59,886 nucleotides of DNA from Utricularia gibba (taxonomy: Eukaryota > Plantae > Magnoliophyta): NCBI GenBank assembly GCA_002189035.1, contig NEEC01000047.1, forward strand, positions 1 through 59,886. Reading direction: 5' to 3'. The position numbers and the translations under genes are program-made. Each line of letters begins with the position of its first letter. Position 1 is the stretch's first letter. Below, in pieces: positions 1-11,400 of this stretch. The notes under the pieces are model-generated. The model was not told where the DNA came from. It made no database searches and saw nothing but the letters and a program-made list of their open reading frames with translations.

Positions 1-3000
1 TGTTACAACCCTGCATCATTGATCCTGATGTACCCCCTTCGTATCGTTGGACGACACATCAGTGGTGAAGTACTTGGTTAGAGTCCATGGGTTGGACTTT
101 ACGGTCCTATGGACGTGCGCATCAGTGCTGGTCTAATCTCCACATCCTCATATTTTTCAACGGGCGCGATAATAGACCAACGGTCTCCTTGTCCAGTCCA
201 TTCGCTAAGGAGTCCAGAACACCTGAAGGTAACGGTAAAGCTTGCGAGGCCCGTCCAGCAACGGAGAAAAGAAAGGAAGTAGTGCGCATGGATGTGAACG
301 CCTAAAAGAGCGTGGGAGTTTGCACTAGAGACCATCAACCCGTTGAATCGTGTCGATGCTTGAGGGAAGACGACCACCCATTCATCTTTGTACGTTGCAT
401 CGGACCTGGTTGAAAGTGAGGACGGAAAATTGGCTACACTCGTAAAGGTGCACGAGCAGTATGCTGAATCGGATGATGGTCAAGCCGTTAGCATACGGAA
501 AACACACTCGCGTGTTGCGCACGCGGCTTTAACGATTGCTTAACCAAGTGATCCCTTCTCTATCTCCATCCACAATCTGGGTAAAAGGCATCCGGAGGTC
601 AGGCATTGGAATGTCGTAAGGTATGAAGTATGCATGTTGCAAGGCGTGACCTGCTTGCGAAGCAATACCGATCCATTCCACGTTACCCGCTTCTTTGCAA
701 AGCCTGGAGGGAGAATGGAATTTTGCATCAGGAGTGGATGCCATGGGGGTCGAATTATAAGGGGAGGTGTGCGTTTGTTCCGTGAGCTATGTGGATTCGA
801 AGCACAAGTGCTGGGTGGTCGAGTTATGGACTTTGGGTTAGGAGTGGCTACACTCTGGATCCACGATCGATATGTTCTTCGATGCTCTATGACTCATTTC
901 TCATTCAATGATGTCCACTCAATAGTAGCTTACGTGGCTCGCAACGTATGTTTGATATAGATGACATCCTTTAACCTGTATGGTCGAAGGTTTTCTCCTC
1001 CCAAACGTATAGCGGCATGCCCACTTTCGTGTCCAAATATTCAGGAGGTCGGGGTGGTAGCCATCTAACGGCTGGATAGCACATCCACATCGTATGTGCT
1101 CCGTAGAATGAATCCGAAAATGTTAATGTTTCCAACGCACGTTGTTGGAGATCGGGAAAGTACATGGAGTGTCCTTGGCCACATTCTAGTATTCATTGGA
1201 TGCTGGCTGAGTTTGTTGCACAACAAAACACCCTCAAACGAGTAGCGATGGTGCACCATGATCCGCCATGGAGTGAACTCGTGACTCCTCTGCGTAAGTC
1301 TCACTTTGTTTCCATGGAAGATCATAAGGGAAAGCAATAGGAAAAACTAAGAAGTACTTGGTATCGTTGATGTTACAACCCTGCATCATTGATCCTGATG
1401 TACCCCCTTCGTATCGTTGGACGACACATCAGTGGTGAAGTACTTGGCTAGAGTCCATGGGTTGGACTTTACGGTCCTATGGACGTGCGCATCAGTGCTG
1501 GTCTAATCTCCACGCATCCTCATATCTTTCAACGGCCGCGATAATAGACCAACGGTCTCCTTGTCCAGTCCATTCGCTAAGGAGTCCAGAACACCTGAAG
1601 GTAACGGCAAAGCTTGCGAGGCCCGTCCAGCAACGGAGAAAAGAAAGGAAGTAGTGCGCATGGATGTGAACGCCTAAAAGAGCGTGGGAGTTTGCACTAG
1701 AGACCATCAACCCGTTGAATCGTGTCGATGCTTGAGGGAAGACGACCACCCATTCATCTTTGTACGTTGCATCGGACCTGGTTGAAAGTGAGGACGGAAA
1801 ATTGGCTACACTCGTAAAGGTGCACGAGCAGTATGCTGAATCGGATGATGGTCAAGCCGTTAGCATACGGAAAACACACTCGCGTGTTGCGCACGCGGCT
1901 TTAACGATTGCTTAACCGAGTGATCCCTTCTCTATCTCCATCCACAATCTGGGTAAAAGGCATCCGGAGGTCAGGCATTGGAATGTCGTAAGGTATGAAG
2001 TATGCATGTTGCAAGGCGTGACCTGCTTGCGAAGCAATACCGATCCATTCCACGTTACCCGCTTCTTTGCAAAGCCTGGAGGGAGAATGGAATTTTGCAT
2101 CAGGAGTGGATGCCATGGGGGTCGAATTATAAGGGGAGGTGTGCGTTTGTTCCGTGAGCTATGTGGATTCGAAGCACAAGTGCTGGGTGGTCGAGTTATG
2201 GACTTTGGGTTAGGAGTGGCTACACTCTGGATCCACGACGATATGTTCTTCGATGCTCTATGACTCATTTCTCATTCAATGATGTCCACTCAATAGTAGC
2301 TTACGTGGCTCGCAACGTATGTTTGATATAGATGACATCCTTTAACCTGTATGGTCGAAGGTTTTCTCCTCCCAAACGTATAGCGGCATGCCCACTTTCG
2401 TGTCCAAATATTCAGGAGGTCGGGGTGGTAGCCATCTAACGGCTGGATAGCACATCCACATCGTATGTGCTCCGTAGAATGAATCCGAAAATGTTAATGT
2501 TTCCAACGCACGTTGTTGGAGATCGGGAAAGTACATGGAGTGTCCTTGGCCACATTCTAGTATTCATTGGATGCTGGCTGAGTTTGTTGCACAACAAAAC
2601 ACCCTCAAACGAGTAGCGATGGTGCACCATGATCCGCCATGGAGTGAACTCGTGACTCCTCTGCGTAAGTCTCACTTTGTTTCCATGGAAGATCATAAGG
2701 GAAAGCAATAGGAAAAACTAAGAAGTACTTGGTATCGTTGATGTTACAACCCTGCATCATTGATCCTGATGTACCCCCTTCGTATCGTTGGACGACACAT
2801 CAGTGGTGAAGTACTTGGCTAGAGTCCATGGGTTGGACTTTACGGTCCTATGGACGTGCGCATCAGTGCTGGTCTAATCTCCACGCATCCTCATATCTTT
2901 CAACGGCCGCGATAATAGACCAACGGTCTCCTTGTCCAGTCCATTCGCTAAGGAGTCCAGAACACCTGAAGGTAACGGCAAAGCTTGCGAGGCCCGTCCA

Positions 3001-4478
3001 GCAACGGAGAAAAGAAAGGAAGTAGTGCGCATGGATGTGAACGCCTAAAAGAGCGTGGGAGTTTGCACTAGAGACCATCAACCCGTTGAATCGTGTCGAT
3101 GCTTGAGGGAAGACGACCACCCATTCATCTTTGTACGTTGCATCGGACCTGGTTGAAAGTGAGGACGGAAAATTGGCTACACTCGTAAAGGTGCACGAGC
3201 AGTATGCTGAATCGGATGATGGTCAAGCCGTTAGCATACGGAAAACACACTCGCGTGTTGCGCACGCGGCTTTAACGATTGCTTAACCGAGTGATCCCTT
3301 CTCTATGTCCATCCACAATCTGGGTAAAAGGCATCCGGAGGTCAGGCATTGGAATGTCGTAAGGTATGAAGTATGCATGTTGCAAGGCGTGACCTGCTTG
3401 CGAAGCAATACCGATCCATTCCACGTTACCCGCTTCTTTGCAAAGCCTGGAGGGAGAATGGAATTTTGCATCAGGAGTGGATGCCATGGGGGTCGAATTA
3501 TAAGGGGAGGTGTGCGTTTGTTCCGTGAGCTATGTGGATTCGAAGCACAAGTGCTGGGTGGTCGAGTTATGGACTTTGGGTTAGGAGTGGCTACACTCTG
3601 GATCCACGATCGATATGTTCTTCGATGCTCTATGACTCATTTCTCATTCAATGATGTCCACTCAATAGTAGCTTACGTGGCTCGCAACGTATGTTTGATA
3701 TAGATGACATCCTTTAACCTGTATGGTCGAAGGTTTTCTCCTCCCAAACGTATAGCGGCATGCCCACTTTCGTGTCCAAATATTCAGGAGGTCGGGGTGG
3801 TAGCCATCTAACGGCTGGATAGCACATCCACATCGTATGTGCTCCGTAGAATGAATCCGAAAATGTTAATGTTTCCAACGCACGTTGTTGGAGATCGGGA
3901 AAGTACATGGAGTGTCCTTGGCCACATTCTAGTATTCATTGGATGCTGGCTGAGTTTGTTGCACAACAAAACACCCTCAAACGAGTAGCGATGGTGCACC
4001 ATGATCCGCCATGGAGTGAACTCGTGACTCCTCTGCGTAAGTCTCACTTTGTTTCCATGGAAGATCATAAGGGAAAGCAATAGGAAAAACTAAGAAGTAC
4101 TTGGTATCGTTGATGTTACAACCCTGCATCATTGATCCTGATGTACCCCCTTCGTATCGTTGGACGACACATCAGTGGTGAAGTACTTGGCTAGAGTCCA
4201 TGGGTTGGACTTTACGGTCCTATGGACGTGCGCATCAGTGCTGGTCTAATCTCCACGCATCCTCATATCTTTCAACGGCCGCGATAATAGACCAACGGTC
4301 TCCTTGTCCAGTCCATTCGCTAAGGAGTCCAGAACACCTGAAGGTAACGGCAAAGCTTGCGAGGCCCGTCCAGCAACGGAGAAAAGAAAGGAAGTAGTGC
4401 GCATGGATGTGAACGCCTAAAAGAGCGTGGGAGTTTGCACTAGAGACCATCAACCCGTTGAATCGTGTCGATGCTTGA

Positions 4479-5399
4479 GGGAAGACGACCACCCATTCAT
4501 CTTTGTACGTTGCATCGGACCTGGTTGAAAGTGAGGACGGAAAATTGGCTACACTCGTAAAGGTGCACGAGCAGTATGCTGAATCGGATGATGGTCAAGC
4601 CGTTAGCATACGGAAAACACACTCGCGTGTTGCGCACGCGGCTTTAACGATTGCTTAACCGAGTGATCCCTTCTCTATCTCCATCCACAATCTGGGTAAA
4701 AGGCATCCGGAGGTCAGGCATTGGAATGTCGTAAGGTATGAAGTATGCATGTTGCAAGGCGTGACCTGCTTGCGAAGCAATACCGATCCATTCCACGTTA
4801 CCCGCTTCTTTGCAAAGCCTGGAGGGAGAATGGAATTTTGCATCAGGAGTGGATGCCATGGGGGTCGAATTATAAGGGGAGGTGTGCGTTTGTTCCGTGA
4901 GCTATGTGGATTCGAAGCACAAGTGCTGGGTGGTCGAGTTATGGACTTTGGGTTAGGAGTGGCTACACTCTGGATCCACGATCGATATGTTCTTCGATGC
5001 TCTATGACTCATTTCTCATTCAATGATGTCCACTCAATAGTAGCTTACGTGGCTCGCAACGTATGTTTGATATAGATGACATCCTTTAACCTGTATGGTC
5101 GAAGGTTTTCTCCTCCCAAACGTATAGCGGCATGCCCACTTTCGTGTCCAAATATTCAGGAGGTCGGGGTGGTAGCCATCTAACGGCTGGATAGCACATC
5201 CACATCGTATGTGCTCCGTAGAATGAATCCGAAAATGTTAATGTTTCCAACGCACGTTGTTGGAGATCGGGAAAGTACATGGAGTGTCCTTGGCCACATT
5301 CTAGTATTCATTGGATGCTGGCTGAGTTTGTTGCACAACAAAACACCCTCAAACGAGTAGCGATGGTGCACCATGATCCGCCATGGAGTGAACTCGTGA
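4479..5399 (+). pseudogene. Possible degenerate or alternative-code reading frame (306 codons between two TGAs, four internal TAA/TAG); product unknown
   Basis: Hand translation: GKTTTHSSLYVASDLVESEDGKLATLVKVHEQYAESDDGQAVSIRKTHSRVAHAALTIA*PSDPF...VARNVCLI*MTSFN...VGVVAI*RLDST...TPSNE*RWCTMIRHGVNS*. It contains track ORF 4749-5075. I recognise no domain. Confidence 0.15.
4554..4640. other. Cluster of three adjacent inverted repeats (potential hairpins), one set per intact unit
   Basis: CTCGT/ACGAG (starting 4554); GTATGCT (4574-4580)/AGCATAC (4605-4611) with inner CGG/CCG and TGA/TCA pairs; CGCGTG (4624-4629)/CACGCG (4635-4640). The complementarity is seen directly; function is unknown. Confidence 0.55.
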
Positions 5400-5434
5400 C
5401 TCCTCTGCGTAAGTCTCACTTTGTTTCCATGGAA
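5327..5434. other. Cluster of palindromes (dyad symmetry), one set per unit
   Basis: TTTGTTG-CA-CAACAAA (5327-5342), ATGGTGCACCAT (5363-5374), CCATGG (5381-5386), TTCCATGGAA (5425-5434). The sequences are seen directly; function is unknown. Confidence 0.55.
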
Positions 5435-8400
5435 GATCATAAGGGAAAGCAATAGGAAAAACTAAGAAGTACTTGGTATCGTTGATGTTACAACCCTGCA
5501 TCATTGATCCTGATGTACCCCCTTCGTATCGTTGGACGACACATCAGTGGTGAAGTACTTGGTTAGAGTCCATGGGTTGGACTTTACGGTCCTATGGACG
5601 TGCGCATCAGTGCTGGTCTAATCTCCACGCATCCTCATATCTTTCAACGGCCGCGATAATAGACCAACGGTCTCCTTGTCCAGTCCATTCGCTAAGGAGT
5701 CCAGAACACCTGAAGGTAACGGCAAAGCTTGCGAGGCCCGTCCAGCAACGGAGAAAAGAAAGGAAGTAGTGCGCATGGATGTGAACGCCTAAAAGAGCGT
5801 GGGAGTTTGCACTAGAGACCATCAACCCGTTGAATCGTGTCGATGCTTGAGGGAAGACGACCACCCATTCATCTTTGTACGTTGCATCGGACCTGGTTGA
5901 AAGTGAGGACGGAAAATTGGCTACACTCGTAAAGGTGCACGAGCAGTATGCTCAATCGGATGATGGTCAAGCCGTTAGCATACGGAAAACACACTCGCGT
6001 GTTGCGCACGCGGCTTTAACGATTGCTTAACCGAGTGATCCCTTCTCTATCTCCATCCACAATCTGGGTAAAAGGCATCCGGAGGTCAGGCATTGGAATG
6101 TCGTAAGGTATGAAGTATGCATGTTGCAAGGCGTGACCTGCTTGCGAAGCAATACCGATCCATTCCACGTTACCCGCTTCTTTGCAAAGCCTGGAGGGAG
6201 AATGGAATTTTGCATCAGGAGTGGATGCCATGGGGGTCGAATTATAAGGGGAGGTGTGCGTTTGTTCCGTGAGCTATGTGGATTCGAAGCACAAGTGCTG
6301 GGTGGTCGAGTTATGGACTTTGGGTTAGGAGTGGCTACACTCTGGATCCACGATCGATATGTTCTTCGATGCTCTATGACTCATTTCTCATTCAATGATG
6401 TCCACTCAATAGTAGCTTACGTGGCTCGCAACGTATGTTTGATATAGATGACATCCTTTAACCTGTATGGTCGAAGGTTTTCTCCTCCCAAACGTATAGC
6501 GGCATGCCCACTTTCGTGTCCAAATATTCAGGAGGTCGGGGTGGTAGCCATCTAACGGCTGGATAGCACATCCACATCGTATGTGCTCCGTAGAATGAAT
6601 CCGAAAATGTTAATGTTTCCAACGCACGTTGTTGGAGATCGGGAAAGTACATGGAGTGTCCTTGGCCACATTCTAGTATTCATTGGATGCTGGCTGAGTT
6701 TGTTGCACAACAAAACACCCTCAAACGAGTAGCGATGGTGCACCATGATCCGCCATGGAGTGAACTCGTGACTCCTCTGCGTAAGTCTCACTTTGTTTCC
6801 ATGGAAGATCATAAGGGAAAGCAATAGGAAAAACTAAGAAGTACTTGGTATCGTTGATGTTACAACCCTGCATCATTGATCCTGATGTACCCCCTTCGTA
6901 TCGTTGGACGACACATCAGTGGTGAAGTACTTGGTTAGAGTCCATGGGTTGGACTTTACGGTCCTATGGACGTGCGCATCAGTGCTGGTCTAATCTCCAC
7001 GCATCCTCATATCTTTCAACGGCCGCGATAATAGACCAACGGTCTCCTTGTCCAGTCCATTCGCTAAGGAGTCCAGAACACCTGAAGGTAACGGCAAAGC
7101 TTGCGAGGCCCGTCCAGCAACGGAGAAAAGAAAGGAAGTAGTGCGCATGGATGTGAACGCCTAAAAGAGCGTGGGAGTTTGCACTAGAGACCATCAACCC
7201 GTTGAATCGTGTCGATGCTTGAGGGAAGACGACCACCCATTCATCTTTGTACGTTGCATCGGACCTGGTTGAAAGTGAGGACGGAAAATTGGCTACACTC
7301 GTAAAGGTGCACGAGCAGTATGCTGAATCGGATGATGGTCAAGCCGTTAGCATACGGAACACACTCGCGTGTTGCGCACGCGGCTTTAACGATTGCTTAA
7401 CCGAGTGATCCCTTCTCTATCTCCATCCACAATCTGGGTAAAAGGCATCCGGAGGTCAGGCATTGGAATGTCGTAAGGTATGAAGTATGCATGTTGCAAG
7501 GCGTGACCTGCTTGCGAAGCAATACCGATCCATTCCACGTTACCCGCTTCTTTGCAAAGCCTGGAGGGAGAATGGAATTTTGCATCAGGAGTGGATGCCA
7601 TGGGGGTCGAATTATAAGGGGAGGTGTGCGTTTGTTCCGTGAGCTATGTGGATTCGAAGCACAAGTGCTGGGTGGTCGAGTTATGGACTTTGGGTTAGGA
7701 GTGGCTACACTCTGGATCCACGATCGATATGTTCTTCGATGCTCTATGACTCATTTCTCATTCAATGATGTCCACTCAATAGTAGCTTACGTGGCTCGCA
7801 ACGTATGTTTGATATAGATGACATCCTTTAACCTGTATGGTCGAAGGTTTTCTCCTCCCAAACGTATAGCGGCATGCCCACTTTCGTGTCCAAATATTCA
7901 GGAGGTCGGGGTGGTAGCCATCTAACGGCTGGATAGCACATCCACATCGTATGTGCTCCGTAGAATGAATCCGAAAATGTTAATGTTTCCAACGCACGTT
8001 GTTGGAGATCGGGAAAGTACATGGAGTGTCCTTGGCCACATTCTAGTATTCATTGGATGCTGGCTGAGTTTGTTGCACAACAAAACACCCTCAAACGAGT
8101 AGCGATGGTGCACCATGATCCGCCATGGAGTGAACTCGTGACTCCTCTGCGTAAGTCTCACTTTGTTTCCATGGAAGATCATAAGGGAAAGCAATAGGAA
8201 AAACTAAGAAGTACTTGGTATCGTTGATGTTACAACCCTGCATCATTGATCCTGATGTACCCCCTTCGTATCGTTGGACGACACATCAGTGGTGAAGTAC
8301 TTGGTTAGAGTCCATGGGTTGGACTTTACGGTCCTATGGACGTGCGCATCAGTGCTGGTCTAATCTCCACGCATCCTCATATCTTTCAACGGCCGCGATA

Positions 8401-11400
8401 ATAGACCAACGGTCTCCTTGTCCAGTCCATTCGCTAAGGAGTCCAGAACACCTGAAGGTAACGGCAAAGCTTGCGAGGCCCGTCCAGCAACGGAGAAAAG
8501 AAAGGAAGTAGTGCGCATGGATGTGAACGCCTAAAAGAGCGTGGGAGTTTGCACTAGAGACCATCAACCCGTTGAATCGTGTCGATGCTTGAGGGAAGAC
8601 GACCACCCATTCATCTTTGTACGTTGCATCGGACCTGGTTGAAAGTGAGGACGGAAAATTGGCTACACTCGTAAAGGTGCACGAGCAGTATGCTGAATCG
8701 GATGATGGTCAAGCCGTTAGCATACGGAAAACACACTCGCGTGTTGCGCACGCGGCTTTAACGATTGCTTAACCGAGTGATCCCTTCTCTATCTCCATCC
8801 ACAATCTGGGTAAAAGGCATCCGGAGGTCAGGCATTGGAATGTCGTAAGGTATGAAGTATGCATGTTGCAAGGCGTGACCTGCTTGCGAAGCAATACCGA
8901 TCCATTCCACGTTACCCGCTTCTTTGCAAAGCCTGGAGGGAGAATGGAATTTTGCATCAGGAGTGGATGCCATGGGGGTCGAATTATAAGGGGAGGTGTG
9001 CGTTTGTTCCGTGAGCTATGTGGATTCGAAGCACAAGTGCTGGGTGGTCGAGTTATGGACTTTGGGTTAGGAGTGGCTACACTCTGGATCCACGATCGAT
9101 ATGTTCTTCGATGCTCTATGACTCATTTCTCATTCAATGATGTCCACTCAATAGTAGCTTACGTGGCTCGCAACGTATGTTTGATATAGATGACATCCTT
9201 TAACCTGTATGGTCGAAGGTTTTCTCCTCCCAAACGTATAGCGGCATGCCCACTTTCGTGTCCAAATATTCAGGAGGTCGGGGTGGTAGCCATCTAACGG
9301 CTGGATAGCACATCCACATCGTATGTGCTCCGTAGAATGAATCCGAAAATGTTAATGTTTCCAACGCACGTTGTTGGAGATCGGGAAAGTACATGGAGTG
9401 TCCTTGGCCACATTCTAGTATTCATTGGATGCTGGCTGAGTTTGTTGCACAACAAAACACCCTCAAACGAGTAGCGATGGTGCACCATGATCCGCCATGG
9501 AGTGAACTCGTGACTCCTCTGCGTAAGTCTCACTTTGTTTCCATGGAAGATCATAAGGGAAAGCAATAGGAAAAACTAAGAAGTACTTGGTATCGTTGAT
9601 GTTACAACCCTGCATCATTGATCCTGATGTACCCCCTTCGTATCGTTGGACGACACATCAGTGGTGAAGTACTTGGCTAGAGTCCATGGGTTGGACTTTA
9701 CGGTCCTATGGACGTGCGCATCAGTGCTGGTCTAATCTCCACGCATCCTCATATCTTTCAACGGCCGCGATAATAGACCAACGGTCTCCTTGTCCAGTCC
9801 ATTCGCTAAGGAGTCCAGAACACCTGAAGGTAACGGCAAAGCTTGCGAGGCCCGTCCAGCAACGGAGAAAAGAAAGGAAGTAGTGCGCATGGATGTGAAC
9901 GCCTAAAAGAGCGTGGGAGTTTGCACTAGAGACCATCAACCCGTTGAATCGTGTCGATGCTTGAGGGAAGACGACCACCCATTCATCTTTGTACGTTGCA
10001 TCGGACCTGGTTGAAAGTGAGGACGGAAAATTGGCTACACTCGTAAAGGTGCACGAGCAGTATGCTGAATCGGATGATGGTCAAGCCGTTAGCATACGGA
10101 ACACACTCGCGTGTTGCGCACGCGGCTTTAACGATTGCTTAACCGAGTGATCCCTTCTCTATCTCCATCCACAATCTGGGTAAAAGGCATCCGGAGGTCA
10201 GGCATTGGAATGTCGTAAGGTATGAAGTATGCATGTTGCAAGGCGTGACCTGCTTGCGAAGCAATACCGATCCATTCCACGTTACCCGCTTCTTTGCAAA
10301 GCCTGGAGGGAGAATGGAATTTTGCATCAGGAGTGGATGCCATGGGGGTCGAATTATAAGGGGAGGTGTGCGTTTGTTCCGTGAGCTATGTGGATTCGAA
10401 GCACAAGTGCTGGGTGGTCGAGTTATGGACTTTGGGTTAGGAGTGGCTACACTCTGGATCCACGATCGATATGTTCTTCGATGCTCTATGACTCATTTCT
10501 CATTCAATGATGTCCACTCAATAGTAGCTTACGTGGCTCGCAACGTATGTTTGATATAGATGACATCCTTTAACCTGTATGGTCGAAGGTTTTCTCCTCC
10601 CAAACGTATAGCGGCATGCCCACTTTCGTGTCCAAATATTCAGGAGGTCGGGGTGGTAGCCATCTAACGGCTGGATAGCACATCCACATCGTATGTGCTC
10701 CGTAGAATGAATCCGAAAATGTTAATGTTTCCAACGCACGTTGTTGGAGATCGGGAAAGTACATGGAGTGTCCTTGGCCACATTCTAGTATTCATTGGAT
10801 GCTGGCTGAGTTTGTTGCACAACAAAACACCCTCAAACGAGTAGCGATGGTGCACCATGATCCGCCATGGAGTGAACTCGTGACTCCTCTGCGTAAGTCT
10901 CACTTTGTTTCCATGGAAGATCATAAGGGAAAGCAATAGGAAAAACTAAGAAGTACTTGGTATCGTTGATGTTACAACCCTGCATCATTGATCCTGATGT
11001 ACCCCCTTCGTATCGTTGGACGACACATCAGTGGTGAAGTACTTGGCTAGAGTCCATGGGTTGGACTTTACGGTCCTATGGACGTGCGCATCAGTGCTGG
11101 TCTAATCTCCACGCATCCTCATATCTTTCAACGGCCGCGATAATAGACCAACGGTCTCCTTGTCCAGTCCATTCGCTAAGGAGTCCAGAACACCTGAAGG
11201 TAACGGCAAAGCTTGCGAGGCCCGTCCAGCAACGGAGAAAAGAAAGGAAGTAGTGCGCATGGATGTGAACGCCTAAAAGAGCGTGGGAGTTTGCACTAGA
11301 GACCATCAACCCGTTGAATCGTGTCGATGCTTGAGGGAAGACGACCACCCATTCATCTTTGTACGTTGCATCGGACCTGGTTGAAAGTGAGGACGGAAAA

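Larger units (their letters stand above)
4114..5485 (+). repeat. Representative consensus-like repeat unit (copy 4, 1372 bp), used as coordinate reference
   Basis: Starts TGTTACAACC at 4114; the next unit starts at 5486. It carries the common allele at most variable sites and has no private indels. Confidence 0.97.

Noticed and set aside
4088-4107. AACTAA...GTACTTG|GTAT resembles a kinetoplastid spliced-leader exon/intron boundary in a ~1.4-kb repeat
   Set aside because: The would-be exon is 16 nt rather than 39, lacks the conserved CAGTTTCTGTA block, and has no downstream T-tract.
4180-4205. AGTACTTGG resembles part of eukaryotic 5S rRNA (5S arrays are tandem)
   Set aside because: Only 9 nt match and the flanks do not fit 5S sequence or structure.
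4297-4448. Inward-facing BsaI sites (GGTCTC 4297-4302, GAGACC 4443-4448) suggesting a synthetic Golden Gate construct
   Set aside because: Compatible with chance at this length, and I see no origin, marker, promoter, tag or adapter. A UniVec or spike-in search would settle it.
4531-4543. GTGAGGACGGAAA resembles the 3' half of a hammerhead ribozyme
   Set aside because: No CTGANGA core was found upstream or on either strand (only CTGATGT/CTGATGC), and the GAAA context has an extra G.
4745-4900. KAWRENGILHQEW resembles the GILHRD motif of fungal FunK1-type kinases
   Set aside because: Only GILH matches; the catalytic RD and other kinase motifs are missing and the frame stops after 51 codons.
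4905-4921. TGTGGATTCGAAGCACA resembles a tRNA T-arm or Pol III B-box
   Set aside because: It lacks the G-C closing pair and GTTC, and no cloverleaf can be built around it.
5166-5175. GGGGTGGTAG resembles the kinetoplast minicircle sequence GGGGTTGGTGTA
   Set aside because: Poor match, no other conserved blocks, and no AT-rich or bent region.
5302-5310. TAGTATTCA resembles the alphasatellite/nanovirus nonanucleotide TAGTATTAC, and the unit size is similar to geminivirus satellites
   Set aside because: Only 7/9 match, no flanking stem-loop, no Rep or betaC1 ORF, and no long A-rich region.
4114-5485. Rod-like viroid, Obelisk or deltavirus-type genome
   Set aside because: The 7-8 nt inverted matches I found by eye are not collinear around a common axis, and there is no Oblin- or HDAg-sized ORF. 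A full circular fold was not computed.
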